DNA of 64,000 bases, from positions 651 to 64,650 of the forward strand of contig JANPIN010000065.1 in the NCBI GenBank assembly GCA_031425035.1, written 5' to 3'. Position 1 is the stretch's first letter; the number at the start of each line of letters is the position of its first letter. Of the stretch, positions 53,468 to 61,613 are shown piece by piece. The position numbers and the translations under genes are program-made. Source of the DNA: Saprospirales bacterium. GTDB lineage: Bacteria; Bacteroidota; Bacteroidia; Chitinophagales; Saprospiraceae. The notes beneath the pieces were generated by a model, which was given only the letters and a program-made list of their open reading frames with translations, was not told the DNA's origin and searched no databases.

Positions 53468-56400
53468 TTACCGAGCCAGCAGAATGGTTTGGGTTTTCAC
53501 CTGATCCCCCGCCTGGACCCGGAGCAGATAAATGCCGGGCTGCATGTCACCCGTCTGTAAACGGAAGGTCCCCTCACCGTCCAGCGCACCCTGATACACC
53601 TGATGGACTATCTGTCCCAGCGTATTCATGATGCTGATCCGTACGTCCGCAGCCACCGCCTGTAGTTCTATGGTGAGTGCATCGCTGAATGGCACCGGAT
53701 AACAACGCAGGTTGAAGTCCTGGCCCAAAGCGACCGGTTTGAGGTCCTCGCGGAATTGCACGCCGGCACAATTTCCTTCAAAAATGATGATCGAGCCCTG
53801 TTGGAGCTTAATGCCCACTTTATCCTGGGGAATACCGGCGATGATGGACTGTCCGCTGATGGCCAGGGCATTGCCCAAAGCATCATTCGCTGCGCCGCCG
53901 CCATCGGCTAACTGGCCAACCAGTACCCAGCCGAGTTCCTGACGCAGATACGCAAAGGCCCGGCCGGAGTTTAAGCCGAATGGATTATCGCCCGGTGCGC
54001 CCACGGTGGCGTAGTTTCCATCGAGTGCCACTGCCGCACCGAAGTGGTCGTTGGCGGAGCCGTTATATTCCAGGATGGTGGTTTCCTGTAGCCAGCTACC
54101 GGTGGGTGTACGGCGGTAAATAAAGGCAGCCCCGGCATTGGATGCTTTCAGGTCATTGCCGTCGGCGCCAATGAGGGCATAACTTCCGCTCAGGCCTACG
54201 CTGATACCAAAGTTGTCACCAGTTTTACCTTGCTTGGCCCGCAGTTTAGCTGCCTGCCCCCAGGCGCCTGCACCGCCGAAGTCTTGTTCGAATATATAGG
54301 CTGCACCGGCTCCATCCCCTTTATCATCATCCCCGGTGGCGCCAACCAACGCCCGAGTGCCATGGATCGATACTTTCCCCCCTAAGTGGTCGAAAGCCTC
54401 TCCGTCCGTCGCTTTCAGTTTCGCCGCCTGGCCCCAGTTATCCTGTCCGCCCAGGTTGCGGTCGAACAAATAGGCTGCCCCCGCTTCATTGCCAATTTCA
54501 TCGTCGAGGGGGGCGCCTACCACCAGCAGGCCATCATACAGAGATATACTGGTACCAAACTGCGATCCGGGTGCCTGGTCGCTGGGCAGCAGTTTTTTTA
54601 CAAACTCCCATTGGTTGAGGTTCGTCGCGTTTTGTTGAAAAATATATACAGCGCCGGCACCGGCTGCGCCCACGGCGGCAATGCCGTTGGAAATTGCCAC
54701 ACTGCCGCCGTACAGATCACTGTTCTGAATACTGGCCGGTACCAGCGAGCTTACCTCGCCCCAGTTGCCGGAACCGCCGGCATTTCTATGCAGTAAATAA
54801 GCGGCGCCAATGCCTTGTCCCCCTCCATTCGTATGGTTAGATCCCACAATTGCCCAGTCACCATCAATGTCCACACTTTGGCCAAATTGCTCCAGCGCAG
54901 CGCCATCCGAAGCATAACGTTTGGCAACAGCCTGCCAGTCTTCAACTTCATCGACCAGCCCATCGCAGTCATCGTCCAGACCGTTACAGACTTCCAGCCG
55001 GGATTTGACCACGATCTGGAAAGTGCAGTTAGTGGAAAGACCGGCCGCATCGATCACCGAAGCGGTCACATTGGTATAACCCAGCTCAAAGCTGCTCAAT
55101 GGTTCCTGGGTGTAGCTGGCGGTAAAACCCGGGCAGTTATCGCTGAAACTGGCCACATAGTCAACGACCGCCGAACAACTGTTTTCATCGGTCAGCGTCA
55201 CAATATTAGCCGGGCAAATCACGGTAGGTGGCTGATAATCAGTGACTTTCACCGTTTGCGTACAGGTGCTGCTATTTCCGGTAAGATCCTTAACAATGTA
55301 GGTTACCGTGGTCGTGCCGATTGGGAAAGTACCTGGCGAATTATTGGTCAGGGAACCTATGCCGCAGTTATCGTTCAGGAAAACACCACCGAGGTAGTCC
55401 ACCGTGCGTGAACAGTTATTCCAGTCATTATTTAAAGATAAGTTGGCCGGACAGGTAATGCTCGGCGCCTGCGTATCATTCACGGTCACGGTGAAGCTGC
55501 AGGTGCGGGTATTCCCCGAAGCATCTGTCGCTCTCCAGACATTGGTGGTTACGCCGACTGGGTAGAATGCACCGCTGGCCAAACCACCTGTACTGACCAC
55601 GGAGGTGACGCTACAGTTGTCCGTGGCAACAGGCGTGGTGTAGGTGGTGGTGGCGCCGCAGAGGCCGGGATCGTTGCTTTTGACAATGTTCGCCGGGCAG
55701 GTGATGTTCGGCAGGGTCACGTCGTTTACCGTCACCGTAAAGGTACATGTGCTGGACAGTCCAACGGCGTCGGTGGCTCGATAGGTAATGATGGTAACAC
55801 CTACCGGAAAGGTAGAACCGCTGGCGAGTCCGCCGACCAGCGTGATGGACGGTGCCGTGCAATTATCAGTGGCCGATATAGCGCCATAAGTGACTACGGC
55901 ACTACAGGCCGTTGCCGGGCTATTATTGATCGTTACGCTGGCCGGGCATGAAATACTTGGCGGGATAACATCGGTTTTGGTAAAGCTCCAGATCGTACAG
56001 CCGGACGCCGTGCCTTGGGCATTTAATGGCCGGATCTGCCAGTAGTAAGTACCCGCGGCCAGAATACCGGTGTTGATACTGGTACCAGCGACCGTTGCGA
56101 AGAAAGGCGGTGTCGTGCTGGTGCCGAAATAAACGTCGTAACTGGTGGCCGTCGGAGCTGCCGGCCAGCTTAAAGTTTGTGTGGTGTTCGGGCAGCCGGC
56201 ATTCGAGCCGTTGGCCGGCGAGGCAGGTGCCGCCAGGCAGGCCGGGGCGCTTCCCGCCGGCGGACAATCGATCCGGAAAGTCTGCGAGGTGGCGGTGGTA
56301 ACTTCCGGATCGAACAGAATATAATAGGTCGTACCGGCAGTCAATGGACCGAACGAATTTGATTCCGGTGCATTGGCATCACCAATACAGGTCCAGCCAG

Positions 56401-57436
56401 TAGCGCTGCAACCGCCGGAAGCTGCTTTGTAAAAATAATCTCCATAACCGCCACTCGCTGCGGTGACTACCTGCGTATGGATGCCAGTGACCGAAGCGGT
56501 AAAACTGTACACTTTTTCCTGTCCCGGGGTCGAAAACCCACAACTAGCCGGACTCCATACGCCGGTGCCGGTAGCCGTTGCCGTAACCGGCGTAGCACAG
56601 AGCAGGGTGGGGGTGCTGGCACAAGGGTTGTAAACGGGGCAGTTGATCTGGAAAGTTTGCGTAATCGAGGTGGTTGTCTCCGCGTCGAGCAAAATGTAAT
56701 AGGTTGTGCCCCCGGTGAGCGTACCCATCGAAGCGGTAGTTGGACTGAAAATATCCAGGATGCAGGTCCAGCCGGTGGAAGAACACCCGGCAGAAGCGGC
56801 TTTGTAAAAATAATCAATATACCCAGTGCTGCTGGTAGAAGTGACCTGCAGACTATAGACGCCGGTAGAGGGGGCCGTAAAACTGTACACTTTTTCCTGG
56901 CCCGGGGTCGAAAATCCGCAACTGCCCGGGCTCCATAAACCACTGCCGGACAGCGTAGCCGTTGACGAAGTGCCGCAGGACTGGGTCAGTATAGTGGAAC
57001 AAGGGTCGGCTGCTCCGACACAACTGGTACATTGAATGGTACCGGTATGGCAGGATCCATCCGTTCCGCAGGCTGCATTGGTATTGTAGTGCAGGTAAAG
57101 CGGTCCGGAAGCGGTGCATACTACACTGATCGGGGCAAACCCGAACCCAAGTACTGTACCACCAGGACTGCCCTGGCGGATGGTAATGTAGTTTCCAGTA
57201 CCGCCTGTGGCATTGAACAGATAGGTGCTACCAGCCGTGCAACCGTTAATGGTACTGTACTCACCGCCGAAAGCGCAGGTTGTAATGGTTACGACCGCAT
57301 TGGTGGTGGGTGCCGTTATCGTACCAAATGCAGAAGGATTGGTACACTGGCTCCAAACTGCGTGGCTAGCTAACATCAAAAAAAGAAGCATTACGGCCCG
57401 AAGAGACCGGACGGAGATGGGTAATTTTACAGTCAT
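53468..57436 (-). CDS. giant T9SS-secreted adhesin-like protein (duplicated N-terminal modules, about 4 HYR domains, CNGxDDDCDG motif, FG-GAP-like repeats, C-terminal sorting domain)
   Basis: 1322 aa with a signal peptide. A 126-aa module is duplicated in tandem. It has HYR-like PPSISCP...ATDNC repeats, EVCNGLDDDCDGLVDE, seven or more repeats of the form GxxFGxSVxxxGxxAxVGAxxxDxxxxxAGAAYxF, and the C-terminal CYPVPFSD...GIYLLRV...TILLAR. Confidence 0.9.
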   Translation of the reverse strand: MTVKLPISVRSLRAVMLLFLMLASHAVWSQCTNPSAFGTITAPTTNAVVTITTCAFGGEYSTINGCTAGSTYLFNATGGTGNYITIRQGSPGGTVLGFGFAPISVVCTASGPLYLHYNTNAACGTDGSCHTGTIQCTSCVGAADPCSTILTQSCGTSSTATLSGSGLWSPGSCGFSTPGQEKVYSFTAPSTGVYSLQVTSTSSTGYIDYFYKAASAGCSSTGWTCILDIFSPTTASMGTLTGGTTYYILLDAETTTSITQTFQINCPVYNPCASTPTLLCATPVTATATGTGVWSPASCGFSTPGQEKVYSFTASVTGIHTQVVTAASGGYGDYFYKAASGGCSATGWTCIGDANAPESNSFGPLTAGTTYYILFDPEVTTATSQTFRIDCPPAGSAPACLAAPASPANGSNAGCPNTTQTLSWPAAPTATSYDVYFGTSTTPPFFATVAGTSINTGILAAGTYYWQIRPLNAQGTASGCTIWSFTKTDVIPPSISCPASVTINNSPATACSAVVTYGAISATDNCTAPSITLVGGLASGSTFPVGVTIITYRATDAVGLSSTCTFTVTVNDVTLPNITCPANIVKSNDPGLCGATTTYTTPVATDNCSVTSVVSTGGLASGAFYPVGVTTNVWRATDASGNTRTCSFTVTVNDTQAPSITCPANLSLNNDWNNCSRTVDYLGGVFLNDNCGIGSLTNNSPGTFPIGTTTVTYIVKDLTGNSSTCTQTVKVTDYQPPTVICPANIVTLTDENSCSAVVDYVASFSDNCPGFTASYTQEPLSSFELGYTNVTASVIDAAGLSTNCTFQIVVKSRLEVCNGLDDDCDGLVDEVEDWQAVAKRYASDGAALEQFGQSVDIDGDWAIVGSNHTNGGGQGIGAAYLLHRNAGGSGNWGEVSSLVPASIQNSDLYGGSVAISNGIAAVGAAGAGAVYIFQQNATNLNQWEFVKKLLPSDQAPGSQFGTSISLYDGLLVVGAPLDDEIGNEAGAAYLFDRNLGGQDNWGQAAKLKATDGEAFDHLGGKVSIHGTRALVGATGDDDKGDGAGAAYIFEQDFGGAGAWGQAAKLRAKQGKTGDNFGISVGLSGSYALIGADGNDLKASNAGAAFIYRRTPTGSWLQETTILEYNGSANDHFGAAVALDGNYATVGAPGDNPFGLNSGRAFAYLRQELGWVLVGQLADGGGAANDALGNALAISGQSIIAGIPQDKVGIKLQQGSIIIFEGNCAGVQFREDLKPVALGQDFNLRCYPVPFSDALTIELQAVAADVRISIMNTLGQIVHQVYQGALDGEGTFRLQTGDMQPGIYLLRVQAGDQVKTQTILLAR

Positions 57437-57626
57437 CGTGAGAGCTTTTTAGAAAATGAAAAGAAATACTTGACTTGCTAAGGGACAGAAACGCCGTATA
57501 AAATTTTAAGAAACCCAGGTAACGCAAATATAAACAATGTTCGGCCGAAATTCGTGCAGATTTATTTTGTCAGGTGGACGACAATTTTTCACTCTTCTCC
57601 AGTGCCTGCCGATTTTAGCGAATGGG

Positions 57627-57657
57627 GTCAATGTTGCCCATATTGAGCAACATTGAC
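57627..57657. promoter_or_regulatory. perfect 11-bp inverted repeat (possible operator) upstream of the Fet4-like permease gene
   Basis: gtcaatgttgc (57627-57637) and gcaacattgac (57647-57657) are separated by 9 nt, about 100 nt upstream of the ATG at 57761. Confidence 0.3.
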
Positions 57658-57760
57658 TTCGGTTTACCGGCGGTTTATGCATATTTCTTCTTTTGCCACC
57701 CCCATATAAGTGCGGTATATTTATTTATCTATACCATTTAAATTTTAAGCATCTTTAAAC

Positions 57761-58264
57761 ATGACCAGTCTAAAACATTTTTTTGAAGATGCAGCCCGTA
57801 AAATATCGGATTACGCCGGTAAGCCCTTCGTTTTTATTGTCGCGCTTTTGCTGATAATTGTTTGGGCGGTAAGTGGTCCTATATTTGGTTTTTCAGATAC
57901 CTGGCAATTAGTAATTAATACCAGCACAACTATAATTACTTTTTTAATGGTTTTTCTGGTACAGTCTGCGCAAAACAGGGATTCAAAAGCCTTACAATTA
58001 AAATTAGACGAACTAATTCTTAAACTGGACCAGGCAGATAATGTGATGATCGATATTGAAGCATTGGGAGAGGATGAATTGGCGGAATTAGCGGCTAAAT
58101 ATAAAGAGATCAGGAATAGCCATGATGCGTCAGCAATGGAGAATTTCAAGAAGGAAACTCAATTAGCCAAGTTGAGCAAAAGTAAAAATAAGGCTAAAAA
58201 AGAAGATAAATCTGGTTCTTCTAATTCTAAAATCATTAAAACAAAAACTGCTGTATTGCGGTAA
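57761..58264 (+). CDS. low-affinity iron permease (Fet4-like) family protein
   Basis: 167 aa. FGFSDTWQLVINTSTTIITFLMVFLVQSAQNRDSKALQLKLDELI matches the family core as I recall it. The tail is Lys-rich. Confidence 0.75.
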   Translation: MTSLKHFFEDAARKISDYAGKPFVFIVALLLIIVWAVSGPIFGFSDTWQLVINTSTTIITFLMVFLVQSAQNRDSKALQLKLDELILKLDQADNVMIDIEALGEDELAELAAKYKEIRNSHDASAMENFKKETQLAKLSKSKNKAKKEDKSGSSNSKIIKTKTAVLR

Positions 58265-58298
58265 TCCAATTCCAACTTTCAACTTAAAAAAAACGACT

Positions 58299-58454
58299 AT
58301 GCGAAACGTACTGTATATTATTGCCGTTATCCTCCTGGCAGGATGGGTATTTGGCGCTTTTTTCTCCACTATTGGCAGTGCTATTCACCTGCTGCTGGTA
58401 TTGGCCATAGCTGCGGCTATCTTCGGGGCTATCCGTCGTAATACGGTGGTTTAA
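58299..58454 (+). CDS. lmo0937-family small membrane protein
   Basis: 51 aa, below the ORF-track cutoff and translated by hand: MRNVLYIIAVILLAGWVFGAFFSTIGSAIHLLLVLAIAAAIFGAIRRNTVV. It has two TM helices ending in a basic tail, as in lmo0937-type peptides. Confidence 0.65.
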   Translation: MRNVLYIIAVILLAGWVFGAFFSTIGSAIHLLLVLAIAAAIFGAIRRNTVV

Positions 58455-58525
58455 CTGTAGACTACTGAAACATTAAAACACACTATTAAACTCATTAATA
58501 GTGGTTGTATAAACCGACAACAACC

Positions 58526-58564
58526 TTGTCCTGCTGCGGTATATCCGTTAGCAGGACAATTTTT
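58526..58564 (+). terminator. rho-independent terminator
   Basis: ttgtcctgct (58526-58535) pairs with agcaggacaa (58550-58559), followed by ttttt. Confidence 0.8.
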
Positions 58565-58570
58565 ATGTTT

Positions 58571-61033
58571 TCACCGGTCGCCGCCCACCGATTGCCCTAA
58601 ATATACCCGGACCAGCCGCAGCTCCCCGTAGGAGTATTTTTCTTCGAAATGCGTCTTTACCTCGGTGTTGGTCAGGCTCGGGTTGTCCAGAAAGTACTGT
58701 TCAATCTCCTGCACTTTCTGGCGCTCCAGCAGGGAGAAAATGTCCAGTTCGCCCAGGGCCATGTAGTGTGCCAGATGGCCTTCGATGGTGGAACGGGTCA
58801 GACTGCGTTCCAGGGCAATTTCATCCAGCGTTTTGCCGGCCTGGAACATTTCGAAACTCAACTTCTTGGTATCGATTTTCGGCGCTTTTTCCGGCACGTG
58901 CAGACGAAGGCTTTGATCCACCCGGTGTTCGGTGCAATAAGCGTCGATAATCGTCATTAAATCCGCGCCGAATTGCTGGCTTTTCATGGCTCCAATGCCC
59001 TTGATATTTTTCAATTCCGCCAGGGTTTGGGGTAGGGTTTGGGCCAGCTCGATCAGGGTGCGCGTTTGCATTACCTGATACTGTGTCAGGTTGCCCAGCT
59101 CGGCCATATCGTCGCGCCACTTTTTCAGTCGTACGAACAAGGCCGGATTTTTAATGTCCCCCGGCGTAGCCATATAATTCGGGATGGCCGGCGTGGCCAG
59201 CATTTGCGCCTTCTGGTAATCCAGGTCGGCATCCGTTTTAGCGCGCAGATAAAGAGCGGCCTGAAAACCGTTTGCCAGCGTAATGAAGCAGGCTTTTTTG
59301 ATAAAAATCGCCTTTTTTAGCCCCTCCAGCCCCTCCGTAACCGACTTGCGTACGGCTTTGTTATCAGTCAGTAGCTGGATGTTTTTCGCAGCGGACTGCA
59401 AATCCTGGCCCAGTTTTTCCGCAAAAAATGTCCCCGCTTTTTGCAGCCGGGCCTGCAGTTCCGGGTTTTCTTCCGGCAAAATGCCATGGGCGAAGTATTG
59501 CCGGATCTGCGGGATGAATTTTTCTGCCAGCCCCAAAACCTGCTCGTTGGCCAGGATTTCCAGGTCCCTGATCTGCCGGCCAAATTCCGGGAGCAGGGAA
59601 CCCTCATGTTCCAGAAACAGGCGATTCAACTGCCCAAAATAACGGCGCATTCGTCCGAAATCGAATAGTTCCAGCACGAGTTGCTGTTGATACTCCGCTT
59701 TGGAGCGACTTAAATGCGCAGCATCGGGGGCATTTTTATCAGCTTCGTCGCTGTAGTTTTTCACCACCTGATCGGTCTTGACACTCGAGTACACAATTTT
59801 CGAGCGCAGGACAATGCCTTCAAAACTCTTGCAGCGGCTCAGCGCCACGTACACCTGCCCATGGGCGAAAGCGGCCTGCGCATCGATGATCGCCCGTTCG
59901 AACGTGAGCCCCTGACTTTTATGGATCGTGATGGCCCAGGCCAGTTTAAGCGGATACTGGGTGAAGGTGCCGAGCAGTTCTTCGCCCACCTCCTTCGTTT
60001 CCTCGTTCAGCGTGTATTTCACGTTGGTCCACTCGGCGGGCACCACCTCGATTTCGCGGTCATCGCCGGGACATTTTACCGTAATAACGCCCTGCTTAAA
60101 GCCGGTTATTTGGCCGATTTTGCCGTTATAATAACGTTTTTCGCGCTCCGTATCGTTTTTAACGAACATCACCTGCGCATCCAGTTTACACTCCAGCAGC
60201 ATGTCGGCGGGGTAGGCAAAGGCCGGAAAATCCCCTTCGATCGCAGCCTTGAAGTTTTGCAGCGGCTGAGAAATTTCCCCCAGTTTCTCCGCATTGATTT
60301 GCTGCGCCGCGGCATTATGGGAGGTCAGCGTAATATAAGGCTGTTCCGTAGTTGGCTTAAAATTAGCCACATAACGGCTGTTGAGCGTGTTCAACACGGC
60401 TTCGTCCAGTTGGTTATCCCGCACTTTATTCAACAGATCGATGAAAGTGGTGTCCGATTGCCGGTAAATATGTTTCAGCTCGATGGCCACTGGATCGGTT
60501 TTTTGCAGGGCCTGACTGCCGAAGAAATAGGCGGTCTGGTAATGAGCGCGCAGCAAATTCCACTCCTCGTCTTTCACGATGGGGGGCAGCTGGTGCAGAT
60601 CGCCGATCATGAGTAGCTGCACGCCGCCAAAGGGTTTATAGCGGTCTTTATACCGCCGCAGCACGTCGTCGATGCCGTCCAGCACGTCGGCACGCACCAT
60701 ACTGATCTCATCGATCACCAGCAGGTCGAGGCTTTGGAGCAGGCGGATCTTATCACCGGAAAAGCGCCGTTGCCGCGACGGGTCCTGGGCCGTCCCCGGT
60801 AAATAAGGGCCGAAGGGGAGCTGAAAAAAGGAGTGGATGGTCATGCCCCCGGCGTTGATGGCGGCCACCCCGGTCGGCGCGACGACCACCATGCGTTTCG
60901 GACTTTCCTGCTTGAGCTGGTGCAAAAACGTGGTTTTGCCGGTACCCGCCTTTCCGGTCAGAAAGATGTTTTTATGCGTGTTACGCACGTAATCGAAGGC
61001 AAGTTCGAGCTGGGGGTTGGAGTGAAAAGACAT
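58571..61033 (-). CDS. Pif1/RecD-family helicase with C-terminal HRDC-like and helix-turn-helix modules
   Basis: 820 aa. It has Walker A GKAGTGKTT, VAPTGVAAINAGGMTIHSFF and Walker B LLVIDEISMV, plus HKSQGLTF. The C-terminal segments LKNIKGIGAMK (HRDC/HhH-like) and TLDEIALERSLTRSTIEGHL (HTH) follow. Confidence 0.85.
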   Translation of the reverse strand: MSFHSNPQLELAFDYVRNTHKNIFLTGKAGTGKTTFLHQLKQESPKRMVVVAPTGVAAINAGGMTIHSFFQLPFGPYLPGTAQDPSRQRRFSGDKIRLLQSLDLLVIDEISMVRADVLDGIDDVLRRYKDRYKPFGGVQLLMIGDLHQLPPIVKDEEWNLLRAHYQTAYFFGSQALQKTDPVAIELKHIYRQSDTTFIDLLNKVRDNQLDEAVLNTLNSRYVANFKPTTEQPYITLTSHNAAAQQINAEKLGEISQPLQNFKAAIEGDFPAFAYPADMLLECKLDAQVMFVKNDTEREKRYYNGKIGQITGFKQGVITVKCPGDDREIEVVPAEWTNVKYTLNEETKEVGEELLGTFTQYPLKLAWAITIHKSQGLTFERAIIDAQAAFAHGQVYVALSRCKSFEGIVLRSKIVYSSVKTDQVVKNYSDEADKNAPDAAHLSRSKAEYQQQLVLELFDFGRMRRYFGQLNRLFLEHEGSLLPEFGRQIRDLEILANEQVLGLAEKFIPQIRQYFAHGILPEENPELQARLQKAGTFFAEKLGQDLQSAAKNIQLLTDNKAVRKSVTEGLEGLKKAIFIKKACFITLANGFQAALYLRAKTDADLDYQKAQMLATPAIPNYMATPGDIKNPALFVRLKKWRDDMAELGNLTQYQVMQTRTLIELAQTLPQTLAELKNIKGIGAMKSQQFGADLMTIIDAYCTEHRVDQSLRLHVPEKAPKIDTKKLSFEMFQAGKTLDEIALERSLTRSTIEGHLAHYMALGELDIFSLLERQKVQEIEQYFLDNPSLTNTEVKTHFEEKYSYGELRLVRVYLGQSVGGDR

Positions 61034-61274
61034 AGCGGTCGGCAGCGGTTTTATGCGGTAATAGTGATGCGAAAGTAAGGCAAAGCTTTCACTTCCGGCT
61101 GTGCCCTGACCCGAATTGGCCCGTAATGACCCGAATTGAACCCTAGGATATTTCTTAAAACCGGAACCTTTGTGGCGTTAAGTGCAGCGTGGCCAGATTC
61201 AGCTAGTTTTGGCGACACCTGTCTTTTATTTCCAGCCAAAGCGGCGTATTATTGCAGTAGTAAACGATTTATTT

Positions 61275-61542
61275 ATGACCATGGCAATATCGGACATCGC
61301 GGAAAAAATGTACAGTGTTGAAGAGTATTTCGAGTTGGAAAAACACTCGGAACTCCGGCACGAGTACGTTAACGGACAACTTATTCCCATGCCCGGAGAA
61401 AATGCTGGTGCAGCTTTACAGCCGCGACGACCAGGGCTGGCGCGTGGAGATATTTAGCCATCCGGAGCAGGAAGTCGTGCTGACTCAATTGGGTTGCAGT
61501 TTGCCCGTTGCCAAAATCTACGAAAACGTAGGCCCCGTATAG
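61275..61542 (+). pseudogene. internally deleted, frameshifted Uma2-family (DUF820) endonuclease remnant
   Basis: The N-terminal piece, MTMAISDIAEKMYSVEEYFELEKHSELRHEYVNGQLIPMPGE, is in frame from 61275. The C-terminal piece, LYSRDDQGWRVEIFSHPEQEVVLTQLGCSLPVAKIYENV, is in the +1 frame (ORF 61315..61542). About 100 aa of the nuclease core between them is missing. Confidence 0.6.
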
Positions 61543-61613
61543 GGTGATTTCGTAGCCAAACTGCCACCTTTGCGGTCCCTGATTTTACACTGCTGCCAGC
61601 CCGATCCTATTCT

